DNA of 64,000 nucleotides from an uncultured Pseudobdellovibrionaceae bacterium (GTDB lineage Bacteria; Bdellovibrionota; Bdellovibrionia; Bdellovibrionales; UBA1609): assembly GCA_963803705.1 (NCBI GenBank), contig CAWDNU010000004.1, positions 576,001 to 640,000 on the forward strand. Direction: 5' to 3'. Position numbers and translations under genes: made by a program. Below, piece after piece: positions 20,986 through 31,160 of the stretch. The notes beneath the pieces were generated by a model that saw only the letters and a program-made list of their open reading frames with translations, had not been told where the DNA came from and made no database searches. Within the stretch, counting starts at the first letter, position 1, and every line of letters begins with the position of its first letter.

Positions 20986-22992
20986 ATGAATCAAACCACG
21001 CAGAAAAAGAAAAGTTTATTTAGGAAGGAAGCTTTTATACTAATTGGCTTTATAGCCGTTTTATTAATTTTGTATTTCACCATTTTTTTTGCATGGCATT
21101 TAAAATGGGTGACTCAAAGAGCACTGACTAAAATTTACGGCGCAGAGGTGAATATCAGTTCAGTCGAGGTGAACTATTTGCCCCCAGGTCTTTTATTCAG
21201 AAACTTTCAATTTACAAATCATCAAAAGCCAACACATAACTTGTTTGAACTAGGCGAAGTTAGTCTGAAACTTAACACTAATGACCTGATGTTTGCCTCA
21301 TTGGTTGCTGAAGAGGCAAAAATCGCCCAGGTAAGAATAGATCGAAAACGTAAGCGTGTTGGTTTTGTTAGTGCTGAAAGTCAAAAATTAATCTCGCTAT
21401 CACTAGATCTCAAGGAAAACAAAAAAGCAGTTATAAACAAAAAAACCAGTGGCAATATATTAGAAAATGCGATGTCTTTTTCGAAGAAGAAAGATCTGGA
21501 TGCCGAACTAAAAAACATTTTAAAAGATTTGAACACAGAAGCTATGTCGAAAAAATACACCCAAAGATTAAAGGTACAAAATGAAATCTTTGAAGACTAC
21601 AAAAATAGCCTGGATAAAGCTGAGCTTCAGAAAATCGAAACTAAAGTTGCCAGCTTGAAAAAATTAATAGAGCAAAAGGGTAGCCCAGTGCAAGTGTTAG
21701 CTTTAGGCACGGACTTATTGAAAGACATCAAAAGCAAAAAAGACAAAATTTCTACTTTAAATACTCAGGTCAAAAATCAGCTTTCTGATTTAAAGAAAGT
21801 GAAGACTGATTTTAAAGAAGATCTAAGCAGCATTAAATCAGGAATCAAAAACAAATTTAAAATCCCGGATATTAGCCCCAAGTCCCTTGCTAAGGATTTT
21901 TTTGCTGAAACTGTTAGTACAAGATTTTATCTTTTTAAATACTGGATCGAGCAAATTCGTAAAAATTCAGAGGACAAAATTAAGCAAACCACATCTAAAG
22001 TGCTCACCGAATCCCAAAGAAAACTGGTTTCATCAAAAGTTAAAAAAACTCTGGAAGCTTCCAAAAAAGAGAAAGCCATAAAGAAGAATATCGCTGATGC
22101 AAAGCTAAAAAATGCTCAGTACATAAGCTTTGGAAACAGTGCTCGCCCTAAGTTTTGGATGAAGAAAGTCTTAATTAGTGGTGATTCTAAAGCCAATCAA
22201 GACTTACAAAATTTTACAGGAAAGATACTTAATATTTCAGATAATCAATTCTTGATTAATAAACCAATTGAAATAACGTTTAAGGGAGACCTCCCTAAGG
22301 AAAATTTTTACGATTTAAAAATCAATGCACTGCTAAATCATCACGTCAAAGAACTAAACGAGGTTTTCGATATTACGGCAACCTACCCTATAAGCTCCTT
22401 TAAAATCGTTGATGACAACTCGCTGAAGGTTTATCTCAAAAAAGCTATTTCTCATACAAAGATTAATGGATCTATCCAAAAAAGTGAAGTCAGGGATATG
22501 GTTATAAAAAATTCTTTGGACAAAGTGAACTTTGATTTCTATTCATCTAAATCTGACATTAACAAATGGCTCGAACCAATTTTTACTAGTATTTCAGACT
22601 TCAATATGGATATATTTTTAGACGGTCCTCTAAGAAAGCCTAATTTAAAGATTCTTTCATCACTCGCGGATCAAGTTTCCAAGGGCTTAAAGAATCAGGT
22701 TGCAAGCCAGCTTGCTGAATTTAACTCTAAAATTGAAAAGAAAATCAGTGAAGAGACAGAAAATTTACGTAGCAAAGTATTTTCAAAAATTGATACCCAA
22801 CAAGAAAACATTGATAAAATTTTAAGTGACCTTAGGCAAAAATTGGATTCCCGAAATGTGGTCGTAAATAAGTTGTTATCAAAAAGCTCTAGCTCTAAAC
22901 TTGGAACGATCGCCGATAAGGTAGGTAGCAAGCTCACCGATAAACTTTTTGGAAAACCTAAAGACAAGAAAAGCGCCAACGAAGAGCGCTAG
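20986..22992 (+). CDS. TIGR03545-like protein (N-terminal anchor, AsmA-like start, coiled coil)
   Basis: TM anchor then ALTKIYGAEVNISSV, PTHNLFEL, long K/E-rich coiled coil, PKFWMKK, GPLRKPNLKILSSL. Confidence 0.7.
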   Translation: MNQTTQKKKSLFRKEAFILIGFIAVLLILYFTIFFAWHLKWVTQRALTKIYGAEVNISSVEVNYLPPGLLFRNFQFTNHQKPTHNLFELGEVSLKLNTNDLMFASLVAEEAKIAQVRIDRKRKRVGFVSAESQKLISLSLDLKENKKAVINKKTSGNILENAMSFSKKKDLDAELKNILKDLNTEAMSKKYTQRLKVQNEIFEDYKNSLDKAELQKIETKVASLKKLIEQKGSPVQVLALGTDLLKDIKSKKDKISTLNTQVKNQLSDLKKVKTDFKEDLSSIKSGIKNKFKIPDISPKSLAKDFFAETVSTRFYLFKYWIEQIRKNSEDKIKQTTSKVLTESQRKLVSSKVKKTLEASKKEKAIKKNIADAKLKNAQYISFGNSARPKFWMKKVLISGDSKANQDLQNFTGKILNISDNQFLINKPIEITFKGDLPKENFYDLKINALLNHHVKELNEVFDITATYPISSFKIVDDNSLKVYLKKAISHTKINGSIQKSEVRDMVIKNSLDKVNFDFYSSKSDINKWLEPIFTSISDFNMDIFLDGPLRKPNLKILSSLADQVSKGLKNQVASQLAEFNSKIEKKISEETENLRSKVFSKIDTQQENIDKILSDLRQKLDSRNVVVNKLLSKSSSSKLGTIADKVGSKLTDKLFGKPKDKKSANEER

Positions 22993-23260
22993 ACAGCAAG
23001 GAAAGTTCCAGCAGGCCGCGACATGTGACCCAAACAGCTACTAGTTAAAATCGCGCACTACTAACTGCTTTCTGCTAAAAGTTGCAGCGTGCGAAGCGAG
23101 TAAACTAGATGGGCCGCCAAGCAAAGGTAATGTTTATACACCACCCTTCAGTTTTGAAAGCAATTAGGCGCTTACGCACCTTTTTGCAACACTTAGGTCG
23201 AGTGTTCTTTTTTGAGAGTTTATTCTTAATATAATACGCTAATCGACCGAAACTTTTAGT

Positions 23261-24847
23261 ATGCAAACAAATAAGAAAAACACAATCAAGATAGCTTTGG
23301 GGTTTATTGTTTTAACCTCGTTACTCACTTACCAGAATTGCGCAGAGTTTACGGGCTCTGGTGACAATGAGTTCACTTCGTTTATTCCAGAAGATAAAGT
23401 TCCAGAATGTAAAGTGCTCTCCAGCTCAAATTTCAATCCGACCTTAGATTACAGCTGGGCTACACCTACAAGCTTTCCAATATATAAACAAGTAATAGCT
23501 TCCCCGTCTGTCGGTGATATTAATGCTGACGGCTACCCTGAGATTGCATTCGTAAGCTTCCAAGGAACTAATTACCAAGCCAATAAAAATGGGGTTCTTA
23601 GAGTTCTGGATGGAAAAACTAAAACCGAGCTTATTAGTATAGGATCCTTAGACATTGCACCCAGCGGCGGTGTTACACCGCTTCTGATTGATATCGACGG
23701 AGACGGCAAAGGAGAAATAATTTATCCCTATTATAATAGTAACGAAGTTATTGCATTAAATAACGACGGAAGCCTACGATGGCGGGCAAATACAAGTTTT
23801 AGCTACAATTGCTACGGAGGGTTTTCTGGTGCGGATCTTAATGGCGACGGCACGGCAGAAATTATAAAAAATGGCGAAATTTTATATGAAGTTAAAAATT
23901 CAGATGGCACTTATAATGTTATGGTAAGACGCTACAAAGAAACCGGCAACGGTTGTTCACATTTCGCTATGAACTTAACCACTAGCGATGCTAGCATGTC
24001 TATTATTGACAGCACAGGAGTTTACGACTTAAGAAACGGTCAATATTCACCACGTTTTTCAGTTATCAACTTACAGTGTGGATTTTCGTGTTTTGCTGGT
24101 GCAGCAGATGTGGACTCTACATTTCCTGGTAAAGAAATTATATACACCGGAGCAGGATCCTTTAGGATTTATTCAGCTTCTGGCCAGTTAATAACCAACA
24201 AAAATTTAACGGATCACTATCCTGAAGACAGATGTGTATATAGTGATGGGGACCGCGTTGGCGGCGGCTCTGCTACAATTGGTGACTTTGATGGTGACGA
24301 ATCTACGGTAGAGTTTGCAATAGCCACAGGGCGCTCACTTACAATTTTCGACAAGTCAGGAAACAAAATTGCTGGTAGTAGGACAAATGATTGTTCGTCG
24401 CTTGCAACCGGTGTAACCTCTTTTGATTTTAACGGAGATGGCAAACCGGAAATCCTATACAATGATGAAACTAATTTCAAAGTTTATAAGGTTGTTGAAA
24501 ATAGTGCAGATTTAGAAGTTTTGTGGGAAACACCTAATACAACCGGAACCTTATGGGAGTACCCAGTAGTGGCTGATCTGGACAATGATTATAGTCCAGA
24601 AATAATCGTAGTTTCAAATCAAGTGTACTCTGGCACTAGTGGACAAAATGGACTTCGAATATACACTGCAAATAAATCTACAGATCAGTGGATGCCAACT
24701 CGAGGAGTATGGAATCAACATAATTACTTTATTTCCAATGTAGATCTTAATTTGAGGGCGACAAGTAGCACTTCCGTGACTGATCAGTTGGCAAAAAACT
24801 TTAGAAGAAATCTACCCGGCCAAGATTTGCGCTGTAAATCCAGATAA
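23261..24847 (+). CDS. FG-GAP/VCBS repeat beta-propeller lipoprotein
   Basis: Signal ending LTYQNC; seven DxD/NxDG-like Ca-binding repeats; C-terminal WMPTRGVWNQHNY. Confidence 0.8.
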   Translation: MQTNKKNTIKIALGFIVLTSLLTYQNCAEFTGSGDNEFTSFIPEDKVPECKVLSSSNFNPTLDYSWATPTSFPIYKQVIASPSVGDINADGYPEIAFVSFQGTNYQANKNGVLRVLDGKTKTELISIGSLDIAPSGGVTPLLIDIDGDGKGEIIYPYYNSNEVIALNNDGSLRWRANTSFSYNCYGGFSGADLNGDGTAEIIKNGEILYEVKNSDGTYNVMVRRYKETGNGCSHFAMNLTTSDASMSIIDSTGVYDLRNGQYSPRFSVINLQCGFSCFAGAADVDSTFPGKEIIYTGAGSFRIYSASGQLITNKNLTDHYPEDRCVYSDGDRVGGGSATIGDFDGDESTVEFAIATGRSLTIFDKSGNKIAGSRTNDCSSLATGVTSFDFNGDGKPEILYNDETNFKVYKVVENSADLEVLWETPNTTGTLWEYPVVADLDNDYSPEIIVVSNQVYSGTSGQNGLRIYTANKSTDQWMPTRGVWNQHNYFISNVDLNLRATSSTSVTDQLAKNFRRNLPGQDLRCKSR

Positions 24848-24885
24848 AAACTGTAAAAAAAGTCACTATCTTGCATAGCAGGTTT

Positions 24886-25083
24886 ACTTTAATTTCGAAC
24901 TTTAGAAATAAGTATAGAGATAACCTATAGCTTAAAAAGCTCAAACATACTTTGTCATTGGGCTTGCAATAATAAGTAATTATACTTCTAAGCTATGAAG
25001 CATGTGCAAGCCTGCATGCCAAAGAACTCGTTTTTAAGCTATAGGTTATCTCTATACTTATTTCTAAAGTTCGAAATTAAAGT
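24886..25083. repeat. Long hairpin element 1: perfect 53-bp inverted repeat plus inner imperfect stem
   Basis: 24886-24938 is the exact reverse complement of 25031-25083; inner GGCTTGCA (24961-68) / TGCAAGCC (25005-12). Confidence 0.95.
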
Positions 25084-25661
25084 GAGTCTATAAATTTAAG
25101 AACGTTAGGATGGTCCCAATCCTCGATCCCCACGATTTTTCTTAAAACCTTAAAATCAGACCCTATCAAATAAGACTCAGGCAAAACCTCTGTCCCATAC
25201 AAGCTAGTTACTTCACCCTTAGGGTCCCAATAGAAAAAAATCTTACCTTTGGCCTCTGGAAAAGACTTAATAAAATTTATAGCATCTTCTTTATTTTGAT
25301 CTCTGTTGATGGCAACTATTTTCACGTTGGGTCTTTTCTCAATTAGCCCAATCATATCTGGAAACTCTTGAATACAAGGTTCACACCAGCTTGCCCAGAA
25401 ATTTAGAAGTAAAATATTGCCTTTCAGATCAGATAACTTAGTGATCTTTGATGCATTTGGCTTTTCACCACTGTCTAATTCGGTAAATTTGAAATCAAAG
25501 GCGCCTTCTGATTTCATCTTTTTTAGTTTACCTATTGAAGACAGGGTCTTGTAAATATCATCCTGCCCAAGTTCAGAGTATATTTTTTTCGTGTACAGGA
25601 TACCTGCGCCAGAAATTAAGGCCCCAATCAATCCAATAAATACAATCCACTTTAAGCTCAT
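25077..25661 (-). CDS. TlpA/ResA-family thiol-disulfide oxidoreductase
   Basis: N-terminal TM, LLNFWASWCEPC, LPESYLI. Confidence 0.88.
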   Translation of the reverse strand: MSLKWIVFIGLIGALISGAGILYTKKIYSELGQDDIYKTLSSIGKLKKMKSEGAFDFKFTELDSGEKPNASKITKLSDLKGNILLLNFWASWCEPCIQEFPDMIGLIEKRPNVKIVAINRDQNKEDAINFIKSFPEAKGKIFFYWDPKGEVTSLYGTEVLPESYLIGSDFKVLRKIVGIEDWDHPNVLKFIDSL

Positions 25662-25838
25662 AATATCTCCTAAAAAGACTTGTCTAACACACTCTTAACT
25701 GCCAAGCAGAAACAGACGGGCTTGCGCAGCACTTTTTACTCCCCCTGCAGCACAAGATAGCTATCAGCTCACGCAGGCCAAGGCATGCTCGCTTTAAAGC
25801 TTCGCATATGGTTCCCCTCTACATATACTTTTTTACGC

Positions 25839-25871
25839 AAAAAAGGCTCTAGATTCAGAGCCTTTTTTTTT
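25839..25871. terminator. Rho-independent terminator after the ribosomal cluster (bidirectional form)
   Basis: AAAAAAGGCTCT-AGATTC-AGAGCCTTTTTTTTT, about 65 bp past the rplQ stop. Confidence 0.85.
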
Positions 25872-25934
25872 ATCAAGTTAATTTTATAAACTTAAAACTA
25901 CGACAGGTATTAAAAAGCACAATCGCTATCCCAC

Positions 25935-26399
25935 CTATCTGTTTTCAATTCTAGATTTTTCTTGGATTTTTCTTTTATTTTTTCTAAGCTTGGCGCTTGA
26001 ATCAAGGTCCGGCTTATTGCTAATCTCTTTTTTCTCGGTCGTTGAAAAATCAACAAACTCGATGTAGGCCATCGGCGCACTGTCGCCAGCTCTTTCGCCA
26101 AGTTTTATGATACGGGTATAACCACCTGGTCTATCTTTAAATCGAGGAGCAATAGTTTTAAAAATTGTGTCAACAGTATTACCGTGAGGATACAATGAGG
26201 AAAGCACTCTGCGACTATGGATAGTGTCGTCTTTACCCCGAGTGACCGCTTTTTCAACTCTTGATCTAAGCACTTTTGCTTTTGTTAGCGTCGTTTTGAT
26301 CCGCCCGTTTTCAACTAAGGCGTCAACTAGTCCTCTGACCAAAGCCTTTCGGGGACCGTTTCTTCTACCAAATGAATTTTTAATGACCTTATGTCTCAT
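25935..26399 (-). CDS. rplQ: 50S ribosomal protein L17
   Basis: RIKTTLTKAK, RPGGYTRIIKLGERAGD. Confidence 0.95.
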   Translation of the reverse strand: MRHKVIKNSFGRRNGPRKALVRGLVDALVENGRIKTTLTKAKVLRSRVEKAVTRGKDDTIHSRRVLSSLYPHGNTVDTIFKTIAPRFKDRPGGYTRIIKLGERAGDSAPMAYIEFVDFSTTEKKEISNKPDLDSSAKLRKNKRKIQEKSRIENR

Positions 26400-26411
26400 G
26401 TTAACAAATCC

Positions 26412-27473
26412 TTAATTTACATTGCTTGGATCAATTGAAACTGATCCTTCTTCGGTGTTTCTTGCGACCTGTGGAGGATTATTGGGATCCCAACCTGGAG
26501 GCGGCCATCCTTCGATTTTCATACCTAAGTTTAACCCCATACGAATCAAAATTTCTTTTATTTCGTTAAGAGATTTACGACCAAAATTTTTTGTCTTTAG
26601 CATCTCGCCTTCACTGCGAGTAACCAGCTCGCCTATATATCGAATATTAGCGTTTTTCAAACAGTTAGCACTTCTTACACTTAGTTCTAAGTCTTCAACA
26701 GGTCTAAAAAGATTTTCATTAAGAGTTGGGGTTTCAGCCTCTTCAACTTGTTCAACAGGTTCTACCGTTTCGTCAAAAGTTACAAAAACTTGCAATTGCT
26801 CTTTTAAAATTTTCGATGCTAAGGATAATGCTTCATCAGGTCTAAGCGACCCGTCAGTCCATAATTCGATTTCTAAAGAATCATAATCAGTTCTCTGACC
26901 AACTCGGGCATTAGAGACCTGGTAGTTAACTCTTTTGATTGGACTAAATAACGAGTCCACCGGAATAAAACCCACGTCCAAGCCTTCGCTATGCACTTCC
27001 GCTGGCTCGTAACCGCGGCCAAATCCTATCAGCACTTCCGCACTAAATGATGCGTTTTTTCCTAGAGTTGCAATATGTTGATTGGGATTTAGAACCTCGA
27101 CATTCGAATTGGCAGCTATGTCAGCCGCTGTCACTGGTCCTGGTCCTTGCTTAGTAATTCTAAGAAGCTGTGGGTCAGACGAGAATTGCTTGAAGCGAAC
27201 CTCTTTTAAATTCAATATAATATCGGTCACGTCTTCCATAACATCAGGTATAGTGCTGAATTCGTGCAACACACCATCAAGTTTAACAGCAGTTACAGCT
27301 GAGCCCATCATAGAGCTTAAAAGAACCCTTCTTAACGAATTACCAAGAGTCATTCCATAGCCTTTTTCCAAAGGCTCTACTTTAAACTTTCCATAAGAAA
27401 GGGATTTGTCTTCAGTTTCAAAACTTCTTGGGACAATTAAATCGGTCCAAAATTTATAATAATGCTGTTCCAT
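26412..27473 (-). CDS. rpoA: RNA polymerase alpha subunit
   Basis: [45 protein letters not shown]. Confidence 0.97.
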   Translation of the reverse strand: MEQHYYKFWTDLIVPRSFETEDKSLSYGKFKVEPLEKGYGMTLGNSLRRVLLSSMMGSAVTAVKLDGVLHEFSTIPDVMEDVTDIILNLKEVRFKQFSSDPQLLRITKQGPGPVTAADIAANSNVEVLNPNQHIATLGKNASFSAEVLIGFGRGYEPAEVHSEGLDVGFIPVDSLFSPIKRVNYQVSNARVGQRTDYDSLEIELWTDGSLRPDEALSLASKILKEQLQVFVTFDETVEPVEQVEEAETPTLNENLFRPVEDLELSVRSANCLKNANIRYIGELVTRSEGEMLKTKNFGRKSLNEIKEILIRMGLNLGMKIEGWPPPGWDPNNPPQVARNTEEGSVSIDPSNVN

Positions 27474-27487
27474 GTATGACCTTCTCC

Positions 27488-27874
27488 TTATACTCTTCTA
27501 CGTTTAGGTGGGCGACAACCGTTATGAGGAATCGGAGTAATATCTCTTAAAGAATTTACTCTGACTCCTGCATTCCCAACGGCACGAACAGCGGGCTCAC
27601 GACCAGCACCAGGACCATTCAAATAAACATCAACGGACTTAATACCTTGTTCCTGAGCTTTTTTAATTGCGTCTTCTGCAGTTAACTGAGCAGCATAAGG
27701 GGTTCCCTTGCGGCTGCCTTTAAAACCTAAGGCACCTGCTGATGACCACGCTATAGCGTTTCCTGCAGGATCAGTAACAGTGATTATTACGTTACCAAAA
27801 GAGGCATTAACATAACACCTTCCATTAGGTATATTCTTCTTAACTTTCTTTTTAACAACTTTCTTATCAGCCAT
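27488..27874 (-). CDS. rpsK: 30S ribosomal protein S11
   Basis: [30 protein letters not shown]. Confidence 0.97.
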   Translation of the reverse strand: MADKKVVKKKVKKNIPNGRCYVNASFGNVIITVTDPAGNAIAWSSAGALGFKGSRKGTPYAAQLTAEDAIKKAQEQGIKSVDVYLNGPGAGREPAVRAVGNAGVRVNSLRDITPIPHNGCRPPKRRRV

Positions 27875-27892
27875 TTATTTTGTGCCCCTAGA

Positions 27893-28267
27893 TTAAACTG
27901 CTTTTTTCTTGTTAGCGACTGTCTTTTTAGGACCTTTTCGAGTACGAGCATTTTGTCGAGTACTTTGACCACGAACAGGTAATCCAGATTTGTGCCTCAT
28001 TCCTCTATAACAGCCCAAATCCATCAAGCGTTTGATGGATAAACCAACCTCGCGTCTAAGATCACCTTCAACTTTCACCTTTTCATCAAAGTAAGTTCTA
28101 AGGTTAGCGATGTCTGAATCTTGTAAATCGTCAGACTTCATTTCTTTTTTAAAGCCTAAATCTTTGCACATCTGCAGGGCCTTTGAACGCCCAACTCCAT
28201 ATATGTAGGTTAAAGCTATTTCCATTCTCTTATTTTTAGGTAGATCTATACCTGCTACACGAGCCAT
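27893..28267 (-). CDS. rpsM: 30S ribosomal protein S13
   Basis: [10 protein letters not shown] from ATG 28267; [17 protein letters not shown]. Confidence 0.96.
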   Translation of the reverse strand: MARVAGIDLPKNKRMEIALTYIYGVGRSKALQMCKDLGFKKEMKSDDLQDSDIANLRTYFDEKVKVEGDLRREVGLSIKRLMDLGCYRGMRHKSGLPVRGQSTRQNARTRKGPKKTVANKKKAV

Positions 28268-28274
28268 ATTTTCG

Positions 28275-28388
28275 TTACCCTTGTTTTTGTTTATGTTTAG
28301 GATTATCACAGATCACGCGTATTACACCCTTTCGCTTGATCACTTTACATTTATTACACATTGGCTTTACCGATGGACGAACCTTCAT
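28275..28388 (-). CDS. rpmJ: 50S ribosomal protein L36 (zinc-binding form; not in ORF track)
   Basis: Manual translation [37 protein letters not shown]. Confidence 0.96.
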   Translation of the reverse strand: MKVRPSVKPMCNKCKVIKRKGVIRVICDNPKHKQKQG

Positions 28389-28479
28389 GATTACTCCCGA
28401 CTGAACCACCCAAAATGAGCGCGATTTCCACTAGAACGCGTGAAATTAGCACCGCCGACTTTGGAAGTCTATAGTTAAT

Positions 28480-29142
28480 TCAATTTTTTTTTACAACTTT
28501 TTCTATTCGCTTTTCTATATCGCTTAACATGCCTTGTCCATCAACAACTTCCAAAATTTTCAATTCCTCATAATGTTTTTTCACCGGAAAAGTCGTTTTG
28601 GCGTATGTCTCTAATCTGTGCGCTATCACGTCTTTCGAATCATCCTTACGTTGGTGCACTTCACCACCACAAACGTCACAAACCCCTTCTTTTGAAGTTG
28701 GTTTGTAACTGGTATGAAATACAGTTCCGCAGTTTCTACACACGCGACGACCTGTTAAGCGTTCAAAAAGCACTTTATCAGGAACTTCTAAAAAGATTAC
28801 ATTTCTAATCTTAAAGTTTAGTTCCTCAGAGAGAGCCTCGAGTTTTTTGGTTTGATTTAAATTTCTAGGGTAGCCATCCAATATAAACTTATCAGTCTTT
28901 ATACCTTTTATAGCACCTTTTAACATATTTGTGGTTATTTCATCAGGAACTAAATCACCTTTGTCTATATAATTTTTTGCTTGTAGGCCAAGGGCCGTTT
29001 CTTTTTTTAAGTTATCTCTGAAAATGTCGCCAGTAGAAATATGAGTAAAATTATGTTTCTTTACGAGGATCTCGGATTGAGTCCCCTTACCAGAACCTGG
29101 TGCACCAAAAAATAACAAGCATTTTTTTTCTGCACCATTCAT
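28480..29142 (-). CDS. adk: Adenylate kinase (zinc-lid type)
   Basis: GAPGSGKGTQ, HISTGD, LDGYPRN, CRNC...CDVC lid. Confidence 0.95.
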   Translation of the reverse strand: MNGAEKKCLLFFGAPGSGKGTQSEILVKKHNFTHISTGDIFRDNLKKETALGLQAKNYIDKGDLVPDEITTNMLKGAIKGIKTDKFILDGYPRNLNQTKKLEALSEELNFKIRNVIFLEVPDKVLFERLTGRRVCRNCGTVFHTSYKPTSKEGVCDVCGGEVHQRKDDSKDVIAHRLETYAKTTFPVKKHYEELKILEVVDGQGMLSDIEKRIEKVVKKN

Positions 29143-29143
29143 A

Positions 29144-30463
29144 CTAATACTGCACTCTCCGTCCACGAATTTTATTTGTTTTCATTAGACCGTCATATTT
29201 AGATGACAGTAAATGTGACTGAACCTGTTGGACAAAATCCAAGGCAACACCAACCAAAATTAGCAGTGAAGTTCCACCAAAATAGAAAGGAACTTTCAAC
29301 TCAGAGGCCATTATGGTTGGCATTATACAAACAAAACTCAAATAGATGGCACCAATGACAGTTAAACGGTCAAGAACGCGTTTGATATAATCTTGAGTAC
29401 TATTACCAGCGCGAACGCCTGGGATGAAGCCGCCATACTTTTTCAAATTCTCGGCCACATCTTTCGGATTAAAGACAATTTCAGTATAGAAAAAACAGAA
29501 AAACACGATAAGACCAATAAAAATCACATTATAAAGTGCACCTGCTGGCGAAAATGATTCTTGAAGAGACTTCAAGAACGGGCTGTCTACAAACTGGGTC
29601 AATGTAGCTGGAAACATCAGAAGACTGGATGCAAAAATTGGTGGAATAACGTTTGCGAAGTTCAGTTTAAGAGGAAGATGGCTAGAAGGCGACTGGACAG
29701 AATCTTTACCCATACCTCGCTGGGAATACTGGACAGGAATACGTCGTTGGGCCACTTCCATAAATATAATGAATGCAATAACCAACGCCATCGCGACAAC
29801 CAAGCCTATTGCCAATAACGGCGACATTAGTCCTTTAGAAACCTGTTCGATCAACGACTGAGTCCCAGAAGGTATTCCCGAAGCAATACCGGCAAAAATG
29901 ATCATACTCATGCCATTTCCAATACCACGTTCGGTTATCTGCTCTCCTAACCACATCAAAAAACATGTTCCTGCGGTAAGGGTGATGATTGCAATAACTT
30001 GAAAAGGTAAGAATCCGAAGTAAGGAGTTATAACTAACGGATTACCGTTGAAACTTTCATTGGCCATCCAATTTGACATTGCGTAACCCTGAACTAAACA
30101 AAGTAAGACTGTAGCGTAGCGCGTATATTGATTTAATTTTTTTCGGCCCTGTTCGCCTTCTTTTTTTAGGGCTTCTAAAGCAGGAATACCTGATTGTAAA
30201 AGTTGAAAAATAATGGACGCAGAAATGTAAGGCATTACGCCCAAAGCAAAAATACTAAACTGTTCTAGAGCCCCACCAGTAAATGAGTTAAATAATCCGA
30301 AAAGGCCGCCGCCCTGAGCTCTAAAAAATTCTGAAACAGCAACGCCATCCAAACCGGGAGTTGGGACTTGGACACCTGCTCTGTAAATTAGAAGCATAGC
30401 TAAGGTAAAAAGTAATTTATTTTTTAGACTGCTATTTTTAGTAAGACTTTCAACTGTTGACAC
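29144..30463 (-). CDS. secY: Preprotein translocase SecY
   Basis: SIFALGVMPYISASII, WLGEQITERGIGNG, FIPGVRAG, FGGTSLLI. Confidence 0.97.
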   Translation of the reverse strand: MSTVESLTKNSSLKNKLLFTLAMLLIYRAGVQVPTPGLDGVAVSEFFRAQGGGLFGLFNSFTGGALEQFSIFALGVMPYISASIIFQLLQSGIPALEALKKEGEQGRKKLNQYTRYATVLLCLVQGYAMSNWMANESFNGNPLVITPYFGFLPFQVIAIITLTAGTCFLMWLGEQITERGIGNGMSMIIFAGIASGIPSGTQSLIEQVSKGLMSPLLAIGLVVAMALVIAFIIFMEVAQRRIPVQYSQRGMGKDSVQSPSSHLPLKLNFANVIPPIFASSLLMFPATLTQFVDSPFLKSLQESFSPAGALYNVIFIGLIVFFCFFYTEIVFNPKDVAENLKKYGGFIPGVRAGNSTQDYIKRVLDRLTVIGAIYLSFVCIMPTIMASELKVPFYFGGTSLLILVGVALDFVQQVQSHLLSSKYDGLMKTNKIRGRRVQY

Positions 30464-30907
30464 TTAGATGACCTCGACTGTTCCTCCGGCTTTTTCAATT
30501 GCCGCTTTTGCTGATTCACTAAACTTATGAACTTTGACATTGAGGTTCGTCGTTAAATCACCTTTGGTCAATATTTTAACTTTTACGTCACCTTTTTTAA
30601 CCAAACCCGCTTCTTGAAGGGTGAACAAATTAACTTCACCACTTAAACTATTTAGGTCACCTGTCATAACTATCTCATAGTGCTTTTTGAATTTAGCATT
30701 TGTAAATCCAAACTTAGGTAATCGTCGAATTAAAGGCATCTGGCCGCCTTCAAAACCAACGCGGACGCTGCTTCCAGTCCTTTGCTTTTGTCCTTTATGT
30801 CCTTTACCTGCAGTGGAACCTGTGCCGGAACCGTCGCCACGGCCAATTCTTTTTGCAGAAGACGTTGATCCTGAATGTTTCGTAAGTTGACTTAATAAAT
30901 TTGCCAT
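30464..30907 (-). CDS. rplO: 50S ribosomal protein L15
   Basis: GRGDGSG, GFEGGQMPLIRRLPKFGF. Confidence 0.96.
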   Translation of the reverse strand: MANLLSQLTKHSGSTSSAKRIGRGDGSGTGSTAGKGHKGQKQRTGSSVRVGFEGGQMPLIRRLPKFGFTNAKFKKHYEIVMTGDLNSLSGEVNLFTLQEAGLVKKGDVKVKILTKGDLTTNLNVKVHKFSESAKAAIEKAGGTVEVI

Positions 30908-30944
30908 ATTTCCTTCCTATATAAAATAATTTGAAGCTGGTGTG

Positions 30945-31130
30945 CTACTTTATAGGTGTAACTTTCAGCAGATGTTGCATCTTAATAATTTGACCACGAG
31001 TTGCGGGATTATCGTTCAAAACGGATTCGGAGTCTATTCTACGTAAGCCCAAACACCTTAAAGTTTCTTTCTGGGTCTTGGTTGCACCAATCAAGCTTTT
31101 AACTAACTTAACCTTAAATTGTTTTGCCAT
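30945..31130 (-). CDS. rpmD: 50S ribosomal protein L30
   Basis: VKLVKSLIG...TLRCLGLRRI; between rpsE and rplO. Confidence 0.92.
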   Translation of the reverse strand: MAKQFKVKLVKSLIGATKTQKETLRCLGLRRIDSESVLNDNPATRGQIIKMQHLLKVTPIK

Positions 31131-31160
31131 TTTTCCTTCCTAAATAAAAAAAAATTAAAA

